Shown here: piece after piece, positions 6,681 to 14,859 of the stretch
Layout of the letters: the number at the start of each line of letters is the position of its first letter
How positions within the stretch are numbered: the stretch's first letter is position 1
Origin: Acidovorax sp. FHTAMBA
Lineage (GTDB): Bacteria; Pseudomonadota; Gammaproteobacteria; Burkholderiales; Burkholderiaceae_C
Reading direction: 5' to 3'
Length of the DNA: 32,000 nt
Assembly (NCBI RefSeq): GCF_038958875.1
Contig: NZ_CP152407.1
Span: 985,640-1,017,639 of the forward strand
Made by a program: the position numbers and the translations under genes
Notes under the pieces: generated by a model
Databases searched by the model: none
Told to the model about the DNA's origin: nothing
What the model saw: only the letters and a program-made list of their open reading frames with translations

Positions 6681-9083
6681 ATGTCCCGATTTCAAGTGAA
6701 AAAAGTCGCCGTGCTCGGCGCAGGCGTGATGGGCGCGCAGATTGCCGCCCACCTCGTCAACGTGAAGGTGCCCGTGGTGCTGTTCGACCTGCCTGCCAAG
6801 GAAGGCCCGAAAAACGGCATCGTCACCAAGGCCGTTGAAGGCCTGAAGAAGCTCAAGCCTTCGCCCCTGGGCGTGGCCGATGATGCGGCGCTGATCCAAC
6901 AGGCCAACTACGAAGAGCACATGCACCTGCTCAAGGAATGCGACCTCGTGATCGAGGCCATTGCCGAGCGCATGGACTGGAAGCTCGATCTGTACACCAA
7001 GATCGCTCCCCACGTGGCCAAGCACGCCATCCTGGCGTCCAACACCTCGGGCCTGTCGATCACCAAATTGAGTGAAGTGCTGCCCGAGAGCATCAAGCCG
7101 CGCTTTTGCGGCATCCACTTCTTCAACCCCCCGCGCTACATGACGCTGGTGGAGCTGATCAACACGCCCACCACCCAGCCCGAAGTGCTGGACCAGCTGG
7201 AAGCCTTTGTGACCAGCGGCCTGGGCAAGGGCGTGGTGCGCGCGCACGACACGCCCAACTTCGTGGCCAACCGCGTGGGCATTGCCGGCATGCTGTCCAC
7301 GATGAAAGAGGTCGAGAACTTTGGCCTGACCTTCGACGTGGTGGACGACCTCACGGGCAAGAAGCTCGGCCGTGCATCCAGCGGCACCTTCCGCACTGCC
7401 GACGTGGTGGGCCTGGACACCATGGCCCACGTCATCAAGACGCTGCAGGACAACCTGAGTATTGAGACGGACCCGTTCTACGAAAGCTTTGGCACGCCCG
7501 CCGTGCTGAAAAAGCTGCTGGAGCTGGGCAACCTGGGCCAGAAGACCAAGGCAGGCTTCTTCAAGAAGGTCGGCCGTGATGTGATGCGCTTCGAGCTGGA
7601 AAGCGAAGAGTACGTGCCCGCCGGCCAGAAGGCCGACGAGGTGTATGCCCGCATGCTCAAGAAGCCCGCTGCCGAGCGCCTGCGCCTGCTGCGCAACGCC
7701 GAAGGCGCGCCCGGCCAGTTCCTCTGGGCCATCCTGCGCAACAGTTTTCACTATGCAGCCGTGCACCTGGGCACCATTGCCGACAACGCCCGCGACGTGG
7801 ACCAGGCCATGCGCTGGGGCTTTGGCATGAAGCAGGGCCCCTTCGAGCTGTGGCAGGAAGCGGGCTGGCTCGACGTGGCGAAAATGATTCAGGAAGACAT
7901 CGACGCGGGCAAGGCGCTCTCCAAGGCGCCGCTGCCCGAATGGGTGTTCAAAGGCCCCGTGGCCGACGCCGGTGGCGTGCACACCGCACAAGGTTCCTGG
8001 AGTGCATCGCAGAACAAGTTTGTGCCACGCCGCCAGTTGCCGGTGTACGAGCGCCAGATCTTTCCCGAGGCCTTGCTGGGCGAGTCCAACCTGCCCGACT
8101 GGCGCACCGCAGGCACGACCATCGCCGAGTCCAAGGCGCTGCGCACCTGGACGTTGGATGGCCAGGTGCTGATCGCCAGCATCAAGAACAAGATGCACGC
8201 CATCAGCCCCGAGGTGATGGAAGCCCTGATGGAAGGCTTGGAGCTGGCCGAGGCCGAATACCAGGGCATGGTTATCTGGTCCGGTGACGCCCCCTTCAGC
8301 GTGGGTGCCGACCTGGAAGCCACCATGCCTGCCTTCATGGTCGGCGGTGCCGATGCGGTGGAAAGCATCGAGCAGGAGCTGCAAAACCTGATGATGCGCA
8401 TCCGCTACGCGCAGGTGCCTGTCGTCGCAGCCATCCATGGCATGGCGCTGGGCGGTGGTTGCGAGCTGGCCGTGTACTCGGCCAAGCGCGTGGCGCACAT
8501 GGAAAGCTACATCGGCCTGGTCGAAGTGGGCGTGGGCCTGGTGCCCGGCGCCGGCGGCCTGACCTACATCGCCCGCCGCGCGGCCGAGAACATGGCGGCT
8601 TCGACGGGCAAGGACATCCTTCCGTTCCTGACCGAAGGCTTCACCGCCGCGGCCATGGCCAAGGTGGGCACCAGCGCGCTGGAGTCGCGCAAGCTGGGTT
8701 ACCTGCTGGACAGCGACGTGATCGTGCCCCACAAGGACGAGCTGCTGTTCGTCGCCATCAACGAAGCCAAGTCCATGGCCGCGAGCGGCTGGCGTGCACC
8801 GCACAAGCGCCTGTTCCCCGTGGCGGGCCGCAGCGGCCTGGCCACCATCAAGGCCCAGCTCGTGAACATGCGCGACGGCGGCTTCATCAGCGCCTACGAC
8901 TTCAAGATCGGCGCCATGATCGCCGAGGTGGTCTGCGGTGGCGATGTGGATGCGGGCGCCCTGGTGAGCGAGGAATACCTGCTCACGCTGGAGCGCAAGG
9001 TGTTCTGCCACCTGATCGCCCAGCCCAAGACGCACGAGCGCATTCTCGGAATGCTCTCCACGGGTAAGCCTGTCCGCAATTGA
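6681..9083 (+). CDS. Bifunctional 3-hydroxyacyl-CoA dehydrogenase (N-terminal) / enoyl-CoA hydratase (C-terminal), 800 aa
   Basis: Start MSRFQVKKVAVLGAGVMGAQIAAHL (Rossmann GxGxxG). C-terminal crotonase motif VVAAIHGMALGGGCELAVYS. The upstream ORF extension to 6603 is translated REP sequence. Confidence 0.93.
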   Translation: MSRFQVKKVAVLGAGVMGAQIAAHLVNVKVPVVLFDLPAKEGPKNGIVTKAVEGLKKLKPSPLGVADDAALIQQANYEEHMHLLKECDLVIEAIAERMDWKLDLYTKIAPHVAKHAILASNTSGLSITKLSEVLPESIKPRFCGIHFFNPPRYMTLVELINTPTTQPEVLDQLEAFVTSGLGKGVVRAHDTPNFVANRVGIAGMLSTMKEVENFGLTFDVVDDLTGKKLGRASSGTFRTADVVGLDTMAHVIKTLQDNLSIETDPFYESFGTPAVLKKLLELGNLGQKTKAGFFKKVGRDVMRFELESEEYVPAGQKADEVYARMLKKPAAERLRLLRNAEGAPGQFLWAILRNSFHYAAVHLGTIADNARDVDQAMRWGFGMKQGPFELWQEAGWLDVAKMIQEDIDAGKALSKAPLPEWVFKGPVADAGGVHTAQGSWSASQNKFVPRRQLPVYERQIFPEALLGESNLPDWRTAGTTIAESKALRTWTLDGQVLIASIKNKMHAISPEVMEALMEGLELAEAEYQGMVIWSGDAPFSVGADLEATMPAFMVGGADAVESIEQELQNLMMRIRYAQVPVVAAIHGMALGGGCELAVYSAKRVAHMESYIGLVEVGVGLVPGAGGLTYIARRAAENMAASTGKDILPFLTEGFTAAAMAKVGTSALESRKLGYLLDSDVIVPHKDELLFVAINEAKSMAASGWRAPHKRLFPVAGRSGLATIKAQLVNMRDGGFISAYDFKIGAMIAEVVCGGDVDAGALVSEEYLLTLERKVFCHLIAQPKTHERILGMLSTGKPVRN

Positions 9084-9094
9084 CCGGTATCACC

Positions 9095-9604
9095 ATGACG
9101 GGCCAAGCCCCCAACAAACTCCAGCGCTCGCTGATGCGTCTGGACGAAGCCCCCGCCTTCATGCGCGGCTTTGTGCAGAACATCATCCTGCGCCGGGCTG
9201 TGCCCTTCACCGGTACGGCCGGGGTGAAGTTCGTGTCGCTCACGCCCGAGCGGGTCGAGGTGCACCTCGCCAACGAGCACCGCGTGCAGAACCACATCGG
9301 TGGTGTGCATGCCTCGGCCATGAACCTGCTGGCCGAAACAGCCACCGGCATGGTGGTGGGCATGAACGTGCGCGACGACTGCATCCCGCTGGCCAAGGAG
9401 CTCTCCATGGCGTTCAAGAAGCGCGCCACGGGCGGCCTCAAGGCCGTGGCCACGCTCACAGCCGAGCAGCGCGCTGCCATGCAGGCCAGCGACAAGGGCG
9501 AGGTTCAGGTGAAGGTCACCGTGACCGACGAAGCCGGTGTGGAGCCGGTCGAATGTGTATTTACGTGGGCCTGGGTTCCTTCCAGCCGCCCCCCCAAGAA
9601 TTGA
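9095..9604 (+). CDS. Hotdog-fold protein (DUF4442 / PaaI-like thioesterase)
   Basis: 169 aa. FTGTAGVKFVSLTPERVEVHLANEHRVQNHIGGVHASAMNLLAETATG resembles PaaI/DUF4442 hotdog proteins. ATG 9095 is preferred over TTG 9080. Confidence 0.75.
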   Translation: MTGQAPNKLQRSLMRLDEAPAFMRGFVQNIILRRAVPFTGTAGVKFVSLTPERVEVHLANEHRVQNHIGGVHASAMNLLAETATGMVVGMNVRDDCIPLAKELSMAFKKRATGGLKAVATLTAEQRAAMQASDKGEVQVKVTVTDEAGVEPVECVFTWAWVPSSRPPKN

Positions 9605-9619
9605 AGGAGTGTCAACACC

Positions 9620-10819
9620 ATGGCTCAAAAACAAGTCCAGGACGCCTACATCGTCGCCGCCACGCGCACGCCCATCGGGCGCTCGGGCCGCGGCTATTTC
9701 AAGAACATCCGCCCCGACGACCTGCTGGTCGCCGCCATCAAAAGCGCCATGCTGCAGGTGCCCACGCTGGACCCCAAAGCGATTGAAGACGCCATCATCG
9801 GCTGCTCGTTCCCCGAGGGTGAGCAGGGCATGAACATGGCCCGCATCGCCGTGGGCCTGGCGTTCAACCACCCCGTGGGCGGCGTGACCGTGAACCGCTT
9901 TTGCGCATCGGGCATCACCGCGCTGCAGATGGCCGCCGACCGCATCCGCGTGGGCGAGGCCGACGTGCTGATCGCTGGTGGCGCCGAGTCCATGAGTCTG
10001 GTGCCCATGGGTGGCAACAAGCCGTCGTTCAACCCCGAGGTGTTCGCCCGCGATGAAGACGTGGGCATTGCCTACGGCATGGGCCTCACGGCCGAGAAGG
10101 TGGCCCAGCAGTGGAAGGTGAGCCGCGAGGCGCAGGATGCCTTCGCCCTCGAATCCCACCTGCGTGCCATCAAGGCACAAAAGGCGGGTGAGTTCACCGA
10201 CGAAATCACACCTTTCGAAATCGTGGAGCGGTCGCCCAACCTCGCTACCGGCGAAGTGGTGGAAAAGCGCCGCACCGTGAGCCTGGACGAAGGCCCGCGC
10301 CCCGACACGTCCCTGGAAGGCCTGGCCAAGCTCAAGCCCGTGTTTGCGGCACGCGGCAGCGTCACGGCGGGCAACAGCTCGCAGACCAGCGACGGCGCGG
10401 GTGCACTGATCGTGGCCAGCGAAAAGGCCGTGAAGCAGTTTGGACTGACGCCCCTGGCGCGTTTTGTGAGCTATGCAGCGCGCGGCGTGCCGCCAGAGAT
10501 CATGGGCATTGGGCCTATCGAGGCGATTCCTGCGGCCCTGCGTTATGCGGGCTTGAAGAGCGATGACATTGGCTGGTACGAGCTGAACGAAGCGTTTGCG
10601 GCGCAGTCGCTGGCCGTCATCAACACGCTGGGGCTGAACCCGGCGAATGTGAACCCGATGGGTGGTGCGATTGCGCTGGGGCACCCTCTGGGGGCTACGG
10701 GTGCGATTCGGGCGGCGACGGTGGTGCATGCGCTGCGCCGCCACAAGCTGAAGTACGGCATGGTCACGATGTGTGTAGGTACCGGACAAGGCGCCGCAGG
10801 CATCATCGAAGCGCTGTAA
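9620..10819 (+). CDS. Acetyl-CoA C-acyltransferase (3-ketoacyl-CoA thiolase)
   Basis: 399 aa. Thiolase motifs [11 protein letters not shown] (active-site Cys), [17 protein letters not shown] and MCVGTGQGAAG. Confidence 0.95.
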   Translation: MAQKQVQDAYIVAATRTPIGRSGRGYFKNIRPDDLLVAAIKSAMLQVPTLDPKAIEDAIIGCSFPEGEQGMNMARIAVGLAFNHPVGGVTVNRFCASGITALQMAADRIRVGEADVLIAGGAESMSLVPMGGNKPSFNPEVFARDEDVGIAYGMGLTAEKVAQQWKVSREAQDAFALESHLRAIKAQKAGEFTDEITPFEIVERSPNLATGEVVEKRRTVSLDEGPRPDTSLEGLAKLKPVFAARGSVTAGNSSQTSDGAGALIVASEKAVKQFGLTPLARFVSYAARGVPPEIMGIGPIEAIPAALRYAGLKSDDIGWYELNEAFAAQSLAVINTLGLNPANVNPMGGAIALGHPLGATGAIRAATVVHALRRHKLKYGMVTMCVGTGQGAAGIIEAL

Positions 10820-10852
10820 CTGGCTACTGCGCGGGTCATCTGCGTCGTTGGG

Positions 10853-10905
10853 CGGTGCTCGGAATCCTCACGTACAGGAAGTACGTTCCGGTTCCTGTGC
10901 TCCGT
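10853..10905. repeat. Imperfect long hairpin downstream of the thiolase gene
   Basis: Core acgtac (10870-10875) / gtacgt (10881-10886) with loop aggaa. The flanks gcggtgctcggaatcctc and ttccggttcctgtgctccgtccgcc pair imperfectly. It begins 34 nt after the stop codon. Confidence 0.4.
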
Positions 10906-11013
10906 CCGCCTAGCAGCTGATCCCGCTCGCTACGCCCTGGAGGGTGGGGTGTGAAGGCAGGGAGCCGGGTCAGGGGGATGGGTGAGGAGGGCAGGTGCTT
11001 TCCACCTCCCCAC

Positions 11014-11039
11014 CCGTTCGGGCTGAGCTTGTCGAAGCC
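11014..11039. repeat. Single REP-type repeat unit
   Basis: ccgttcgggctgagcttgtcgaagcc, the consensus form of the family. Confidence 0.85.
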
Positions 11040-11108
11040 GGGGCCCAGCCTCAGCGATCGTTTTCTTTTCAAGCCGGCGAAGATCGGTTTCGAACCAAGG
11101 AGACAGAC

Positions 11109-11999
11109 ATGAACAAGCAAACCTTGCAGGTCAACGGGGCGGTGTCTTTGGCGCTGCGTGTCTACGAACCCGAGGGCGCACCGCGCGCCAGCGTTGTCAT
11201 CGGCGGCGCGATGGGGGTGCGGCAGTCGTATTACGGGGCCTTTGCGCTGTGGATGGCGCAGCAGGGGTTTCGGGTCACCACGTTCGACTACCGGGGGCAT
11301 GGCGATTCGCTGCAGGGCGCGATGCGCGATGTGAAGGCGGATCTGTTTGATTGGGCGCAGGACTACGAGGCGGTGATTTCTGCCGCCAAGGCCGCGCTCC
11401 CGTCGCAGCCGCTGTATTTGCTGGGCCACAGCCTGGGCGCGCAGTTGCCGGGTTTGCTGAAAAAGCCCGAGCAGGTGGCGGGCCTGCTCAGCGTGGCCGC
11501 AGGCAGCGGCTACTGGCGTGACAACGCGCCGCAGCTCAAGCGCATCGTTCCGTACTTCTGGTGGGTGCTGGTGCCGCTGGCCACGCGGCTGTGCGGGTAC
11601 TTTCCGGGGCGCACGCTCAAGAAGGTGGGCGACCTGCCTGCGGGGGTGATCCTGCAGTGGCGGCGCTGGTGTCTGGACCCCGCTTACAGCGTCGGTGCCG
11701 AGGGGCCTGCGGTGGCGCAGAGCTACGGTGCGGTGCGGTTCCCGGTGCTGGCGCTGTCGATGGCCGACGACGAGCTGATGACCTTGCGCGGCACACACAA
11801 CCTCGTGAACCTGTACGCCAACACCGAGCGCCGCGTGGAGAGCATCACCCCGGCTGACCTGCAGGTGCGGCGCATCGGCCATTTCGGGTTCTTTCGCGAC
11901 CAGTTCCGTCAGAGCCTGTGGCCGCGTGCGGCGGCTGCGCTGGCCGCCCTGGGCGGGGGCGGAATGCCCCGCGGTGAAGTCTCCGGTACGACGGCCTGA
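11109..11999 (+). CDS. Alpha/beta-fold hydrolase
   Basis: 296 aa. AAGGAG at 11097-11102. Nucleophile elbow GHSLGAQ. RVTTFDYRGHGDS is typical of the fold. The ORF extension to 10995 is REP-derived. Confidence 0.8.
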   Translation: MNKQTLQVNGAVSLALRVYEPEGAPRASVVIGGAMGVRQSYYGAFALWMAQQGFRVTTFDYRGHGDSLQGAMRDVKADLFDWAQDYEAVISAAKAALPSQPLYLLGHSLGAQLPGLLKKPEQVAGLLSVAAGSGYWRDNAPQLKRIVPYFWWVLVPLATRLCGYFPGRTLKKVGDLPAGVILQWRRWCLDPAYSVGAEGPAVAQSYGAVRFPVLALSMADDELMTLRGTHNLVNLYANTERRVESITPADLQVRRIGHFGFFRDQFRQSLWPRAAAALAALGGGGMPRGEVSGTTA

Positions 12000-12026
12000 G
12001 CGGTCGTTTCGCGGCACACTTGCAGC

Positions 12027-12887
12027 ATGACTTCCTCTGCATCCACTTCTTCGTCTTCATCTCTGCATCCGCTGGACGAGGCGCTGCAACTGACGGCTTC
12101 GTCCATCGCGACCGGCCAGTACGAAGGGCACACCCACCCCAGCTACTGGAACATGGTCGGCCCGTTTGGCGGCATCACCGCCGCCACGTTGCTGCAGGCC
12201 GTTCTGAAGCACCCCGACCGGCTCGGCGACCCGCTGTCGCTCACCGTCAACTACGCGGGCGCTTTGACGGCGGGTGCGTTCACCGTGCAGGCCACACCGG
12301 TGCGCACCAACCGATCCACCCAGCACTGGACACTGTCCATCCTGCAGGCCGGCGCCGATGGCGCGCAGGTGGTTGCCACCACGGCCACTGCGGTCACGGC
12401 CGTGCGCCGTGAGACCTGGAGCGTGGGCGACGTACCCATGCCGAAGGTGCCCGCCGCGGAAGAGCAACAGCCCCTTGTCGCCCCATCGGGTGCGGTGGAG
12501 TGGGTCAACCGCTACGAGATGCGCCCCGTGGCCGGCCTGATTCCCCGCACCTGGGACGATAGCGGCGACCACAGCCTGACGCAGCTCTGGATGCGCGACA
12601 CACCACCGCGCCCGCTCGACTTTGCTGCGCTGACGGCACTGGCCGATGTGTTCTTCCCCCGCGTGTGGCTGCGGCGCGCGCGCCATGTGCCAGCGGGCAC
12701 GGTGTCGATCACGGTGTACTTTCACGCCACGGCGGAGCAGTTGCGGGCCACGGGCACCGGTTTCCTGCTCGGGCAGGCGCGCGGGCAGGAGTTCCGCAAT
12801 GGTTTCTTCGACCAGACCGCGCAGCTGTGGAACGAGGCGGGCACCATGCTCGCCACCAGCCACCAGATCGTGTACTACAAGGAATAG
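12027..12887 (+). CDS. Acyl-CoA thioesterase (TesB-like double hotdog / thioesterase-like superfamily)
   Basis: 286 aa. HPSYWNMVGPFGGITAATLLQAV and a C-terminal region GFFDQTAQLWNEAGTMLATSHQIVYYKE resemble thioesterase II-type proteins. Confidence 0.7.
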   Translation: MTSSASTSSSSSLHPLDEALQLTASSIATGQYEGHTHPSYWNMVGPFGGITAATLLQAVLKHPDRLGDPLSLTVNYAGALTAGAFTVQATPVRTNRSTQHWTLSILQAGADGAQVVATTATAVTAVRRETWSVGDVPMPKVPAAEEQQPLVAPSGAVEWVNRYEMRPVAGLIPRTWDDSGDHSLTQLWMRDTPPRPLDFAALTALADVFFPRVWLRRARHVPAGTVSITVYFHATAEQLRATGTGFLLGQARGQEFRNGFFDQTAQLWNEAGTMLATSHQIVYYKE

Positions 12888-12991
12888 CCAGCCTCAGCGC
12901 GGCAGGCCGGAGCCTGGCGTTGCTGCGCGTCTTCTTCCTGCATTTATCCGTCCATCCATCCCCAGACCCCAAACACCAAACACTCACCACC

Positions 12992-13768
12992 ATGACAGAA
13001 GCCACCCAAGATATCCTCGTTCACTCCGAAGCAGGCGTGACCACCATCACCTTCAACCGTGTGGACAAGAAGAACTCCATCACGCGCGACATGTATGCCG
13101 CCATGGCGGAAGCACTCGATGCCGCCAAGGCCGATGCCAGCGTGCGTGTGGTCGTATTCCAGGGCGACGTGGCCATCTTCAGCGCAGGCAATGACATTGG
13201 CGACTTTTTGCAGCAGCCGCCCGCCACGCAGGACTCGCCTGTGTTCCGCTTCCTGCGAGGCATCGCCGCCTTCCCCAAGCCCGTGATTGCGTCTGTCTGC
13301 GGCCCGGCCGTGGGTATTGGCACGACGATGCTGTTCCACTGCGACCTCGTTTACGCGGGCGACAACGCGGCGTTCTCCATGCCGTTCGTCAATCTGGGCC
13401 TGTGCCCCGAGGCCGCATCGAGCCTGCTGGTGCCGCAGATGCTGGGGTATCACCGCGCTGCGGAAGCCTTGCTGTTGGGCGAGCCTTTCATGGCCGAGGC
13501 TGCGTTGGAAGTCGGCCTGGTGAACCGCGTGGTGCCACCCACCGAGTGCAATGGCGTCGCACAGGCGCAGGCCAAGAAGCTGGCGGCCAAGCCGTTGTCG
13601 TCGCTCATCGAGACCAAGCGGTTGATGAAGGGTGGACAGATGGCGAAGGTGTTGGAGGTGATGGCACAAGAGGGCGAGAGCTTTGGGCGCATGTTGCGCG
13701 AGCCTGCGGCGCGGGAGGCGTTTTCGGCGTTTATGGAAAAGAGAAAGCCTGATTTCAGCAAGAGCTGA
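12992..13768 (+). CDS. Enoyl-CoA hydratase/isomerase family protein
   Basis: 258 aa from MTEATQDILVHSEAGVTTITFNRVDKKNSIT. Crotonase motif KPVIASVCGPAVGIGTTMLFHCDLVYA. The ORF extension to 12665 overlaps the thioesterase gene. Confidence 0.92.
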   Translation: MTEATQDILVHSEAGVTTITFNRVDKKNSITRDMYAAMAEALDAAKADASVRVVVFQGDVAIFSAGNDIGDFLQQPPATQDSPVFRFLRGIAAFPKPVIASVCGPAVGIGTTMLFHCDLVYAGDNAAFSMPFVNLGLCPEAASSLLVPQMLGYHRAAEALLLGEPFMAEAALEVGLVNRVVPPTECNGVAQAQAKKLAAKPLSSLIETKRLMKGGQMAKVLEVMAQEGESFGRMLREPAAREAFSAFMEKRKPDFSKS

Positions 13769-13792
13769 AATCAGGACGCCGCGTGAGCGGCG
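13748..13792 (+). terminator. Two tandem perfect hairpins at the end of the beta-oxidation operon (no U-tract)
   Basis: cctgatttcagc (13748-13759) / gctgaaatcagg (13764-13775) form a 12-bp stem with loop aaga, and the stem encloses the TGA stop at 13766-13768. This is followed by cgccgc-gtga-gcggcg at 13777-13792. Confidence 0.35.
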
Positions 13793-13862
13793 AGGACCGC
13801 GCAGCGGGCCGGAGATCTTTCGCTAAAAGCGCCGGCCGGATTCCGGAGCTCTCTGGGTCCTC

Positions 13863-13926
13863 GGATTTTGGTCAATTTGGCTGCTGGCGCTTATCTAGCA
13901 AGCGCTAGCAGCTATTGTTTTTGTAG
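13863..13926. repeat. AT-rich dyad repeat, copy C (intergenic)
   Basis: ggattttggtcaatttggctgctggcgcttatctagcaagcgctagcagctattgtttttgtag. Internal dyad gctgctGgcgctt-atctagc-aagcgcTagcagc. Confidence 0.8.
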
Positions 13927-13944
13927 TTTTGAGTCTTTTCTCAA

Positions 13945-13970
13945 CCGTTCGGGCTGAGCTTGTCGAAGCC
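13945..13970. repeat. Single REP-type repeat unit
   Basis: ccgttcgggctgagcttgtcgaagcc, identical to the unit at 11014-11039. Confidence 0.85.
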
Positions 13971-14008
13971 TTGGCGTGTTGATTTGAAAAGCATGCATGT
14001 GTTCAGGG

Positions 14009-14694
14009 CGGAGGCCGGGTTGTCGCCCGGCATGCGAGTAACTTTCTTTTGCGTCGCCAAAAGAAAGTCACCAAAGAAAAGGCGACCCCCAGTCTGCGAC
14101 CCCTTCGCGGTGCGAAGGGGCGACCTGCGCCGGGGCAGTTGCGGGGTGCGCCGTGGAACTCGCTTTGCGCTGGCGCGCGCCGCTCGGACAACCACGGCGA
14201 GTCAGATTACGAGGCATGCGCGCTCCGACGCGCATGCTCACCCCGCAACCGCCCCGCCGCAGGCGCAGCCAGCAGGGGGTTGGACAGCCGAACATCCAGC
14301 AGCCGAACATCCACACGGGCCATCGCTGCGCTCGGCCCCGCCTCGCGGGCGCAAGCGCCTCGCGCTGCGCAGGGCGGGGCCGAGCGCAGCGATGGCCCGA
14401 ATGGATGTCCGATCCCGGTGGGTTCCCTTCTGTATGCGTCTGGGGCGCGCAGGGCGTGGGGTGGCGCGTGTGCCGAAGGACACACGCGCTTCGTGAACTG
14501 ACTCACCGCAGTTGTTCGAGCGGAGCGCCGCAGGCGCGCAGCGAGTTCTGCGGTGCACCCCGTGACCGAGCACCCCAGGTTGCCCCGCAGCGCAGCGAAG
14601 GGGTCGCAGACAGCAGGGTCGCCCTTTCTTTGGTGACTTTCTTTTGGCGACGCGAAAGAAAGTTACTCGCCTGCCGGGCGACTCCCGGCCTCCG
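14009..14694. repeat. 686-bp imperfect palindrome (two head-to-head copies of a roughly 340-bp structured element)
   Basis: The outer ~100 nt of each arm are reverse complements with few mismatches (cggaggccggg...gtaactttcttt.gcgtcgccaaaagaaagtcaccaaagaaa.ggcgaccc). Homology continues inward. The centre is a perfect 26-bp inverted repeat, 14317-14342 / 14373-14398, around a 30-nt spacer. All overlapping ORFs are Arg/Ala/Pro-rich and judged non-coding. Confidence 0.9.
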
Positions 14695-14859
14695 TCCTTC
14701 GCATGGGCACGCGATCTGCTTCCAAATGAAAAGCAAATCAGGCAGTGAATACCGGCGTTTCACCTCAAAAAGCACCCGTAGCAATCGCGATCAGACAAGC
14801 TATCTATTTTTGCAAAGCACTTGCTTGCTAAAAATAAACAGTTTTGCTATCGTGCCTGC

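Noticed and set aside
14009-14694. Retron-like or CRISPR-like interpretation of the palindrome and its internal repeats.
   Set aside because: There is no reverse transcriptase or cas gene in the window. The repeats are inverted rather than regularly spaced direct repeats with unique spacers.
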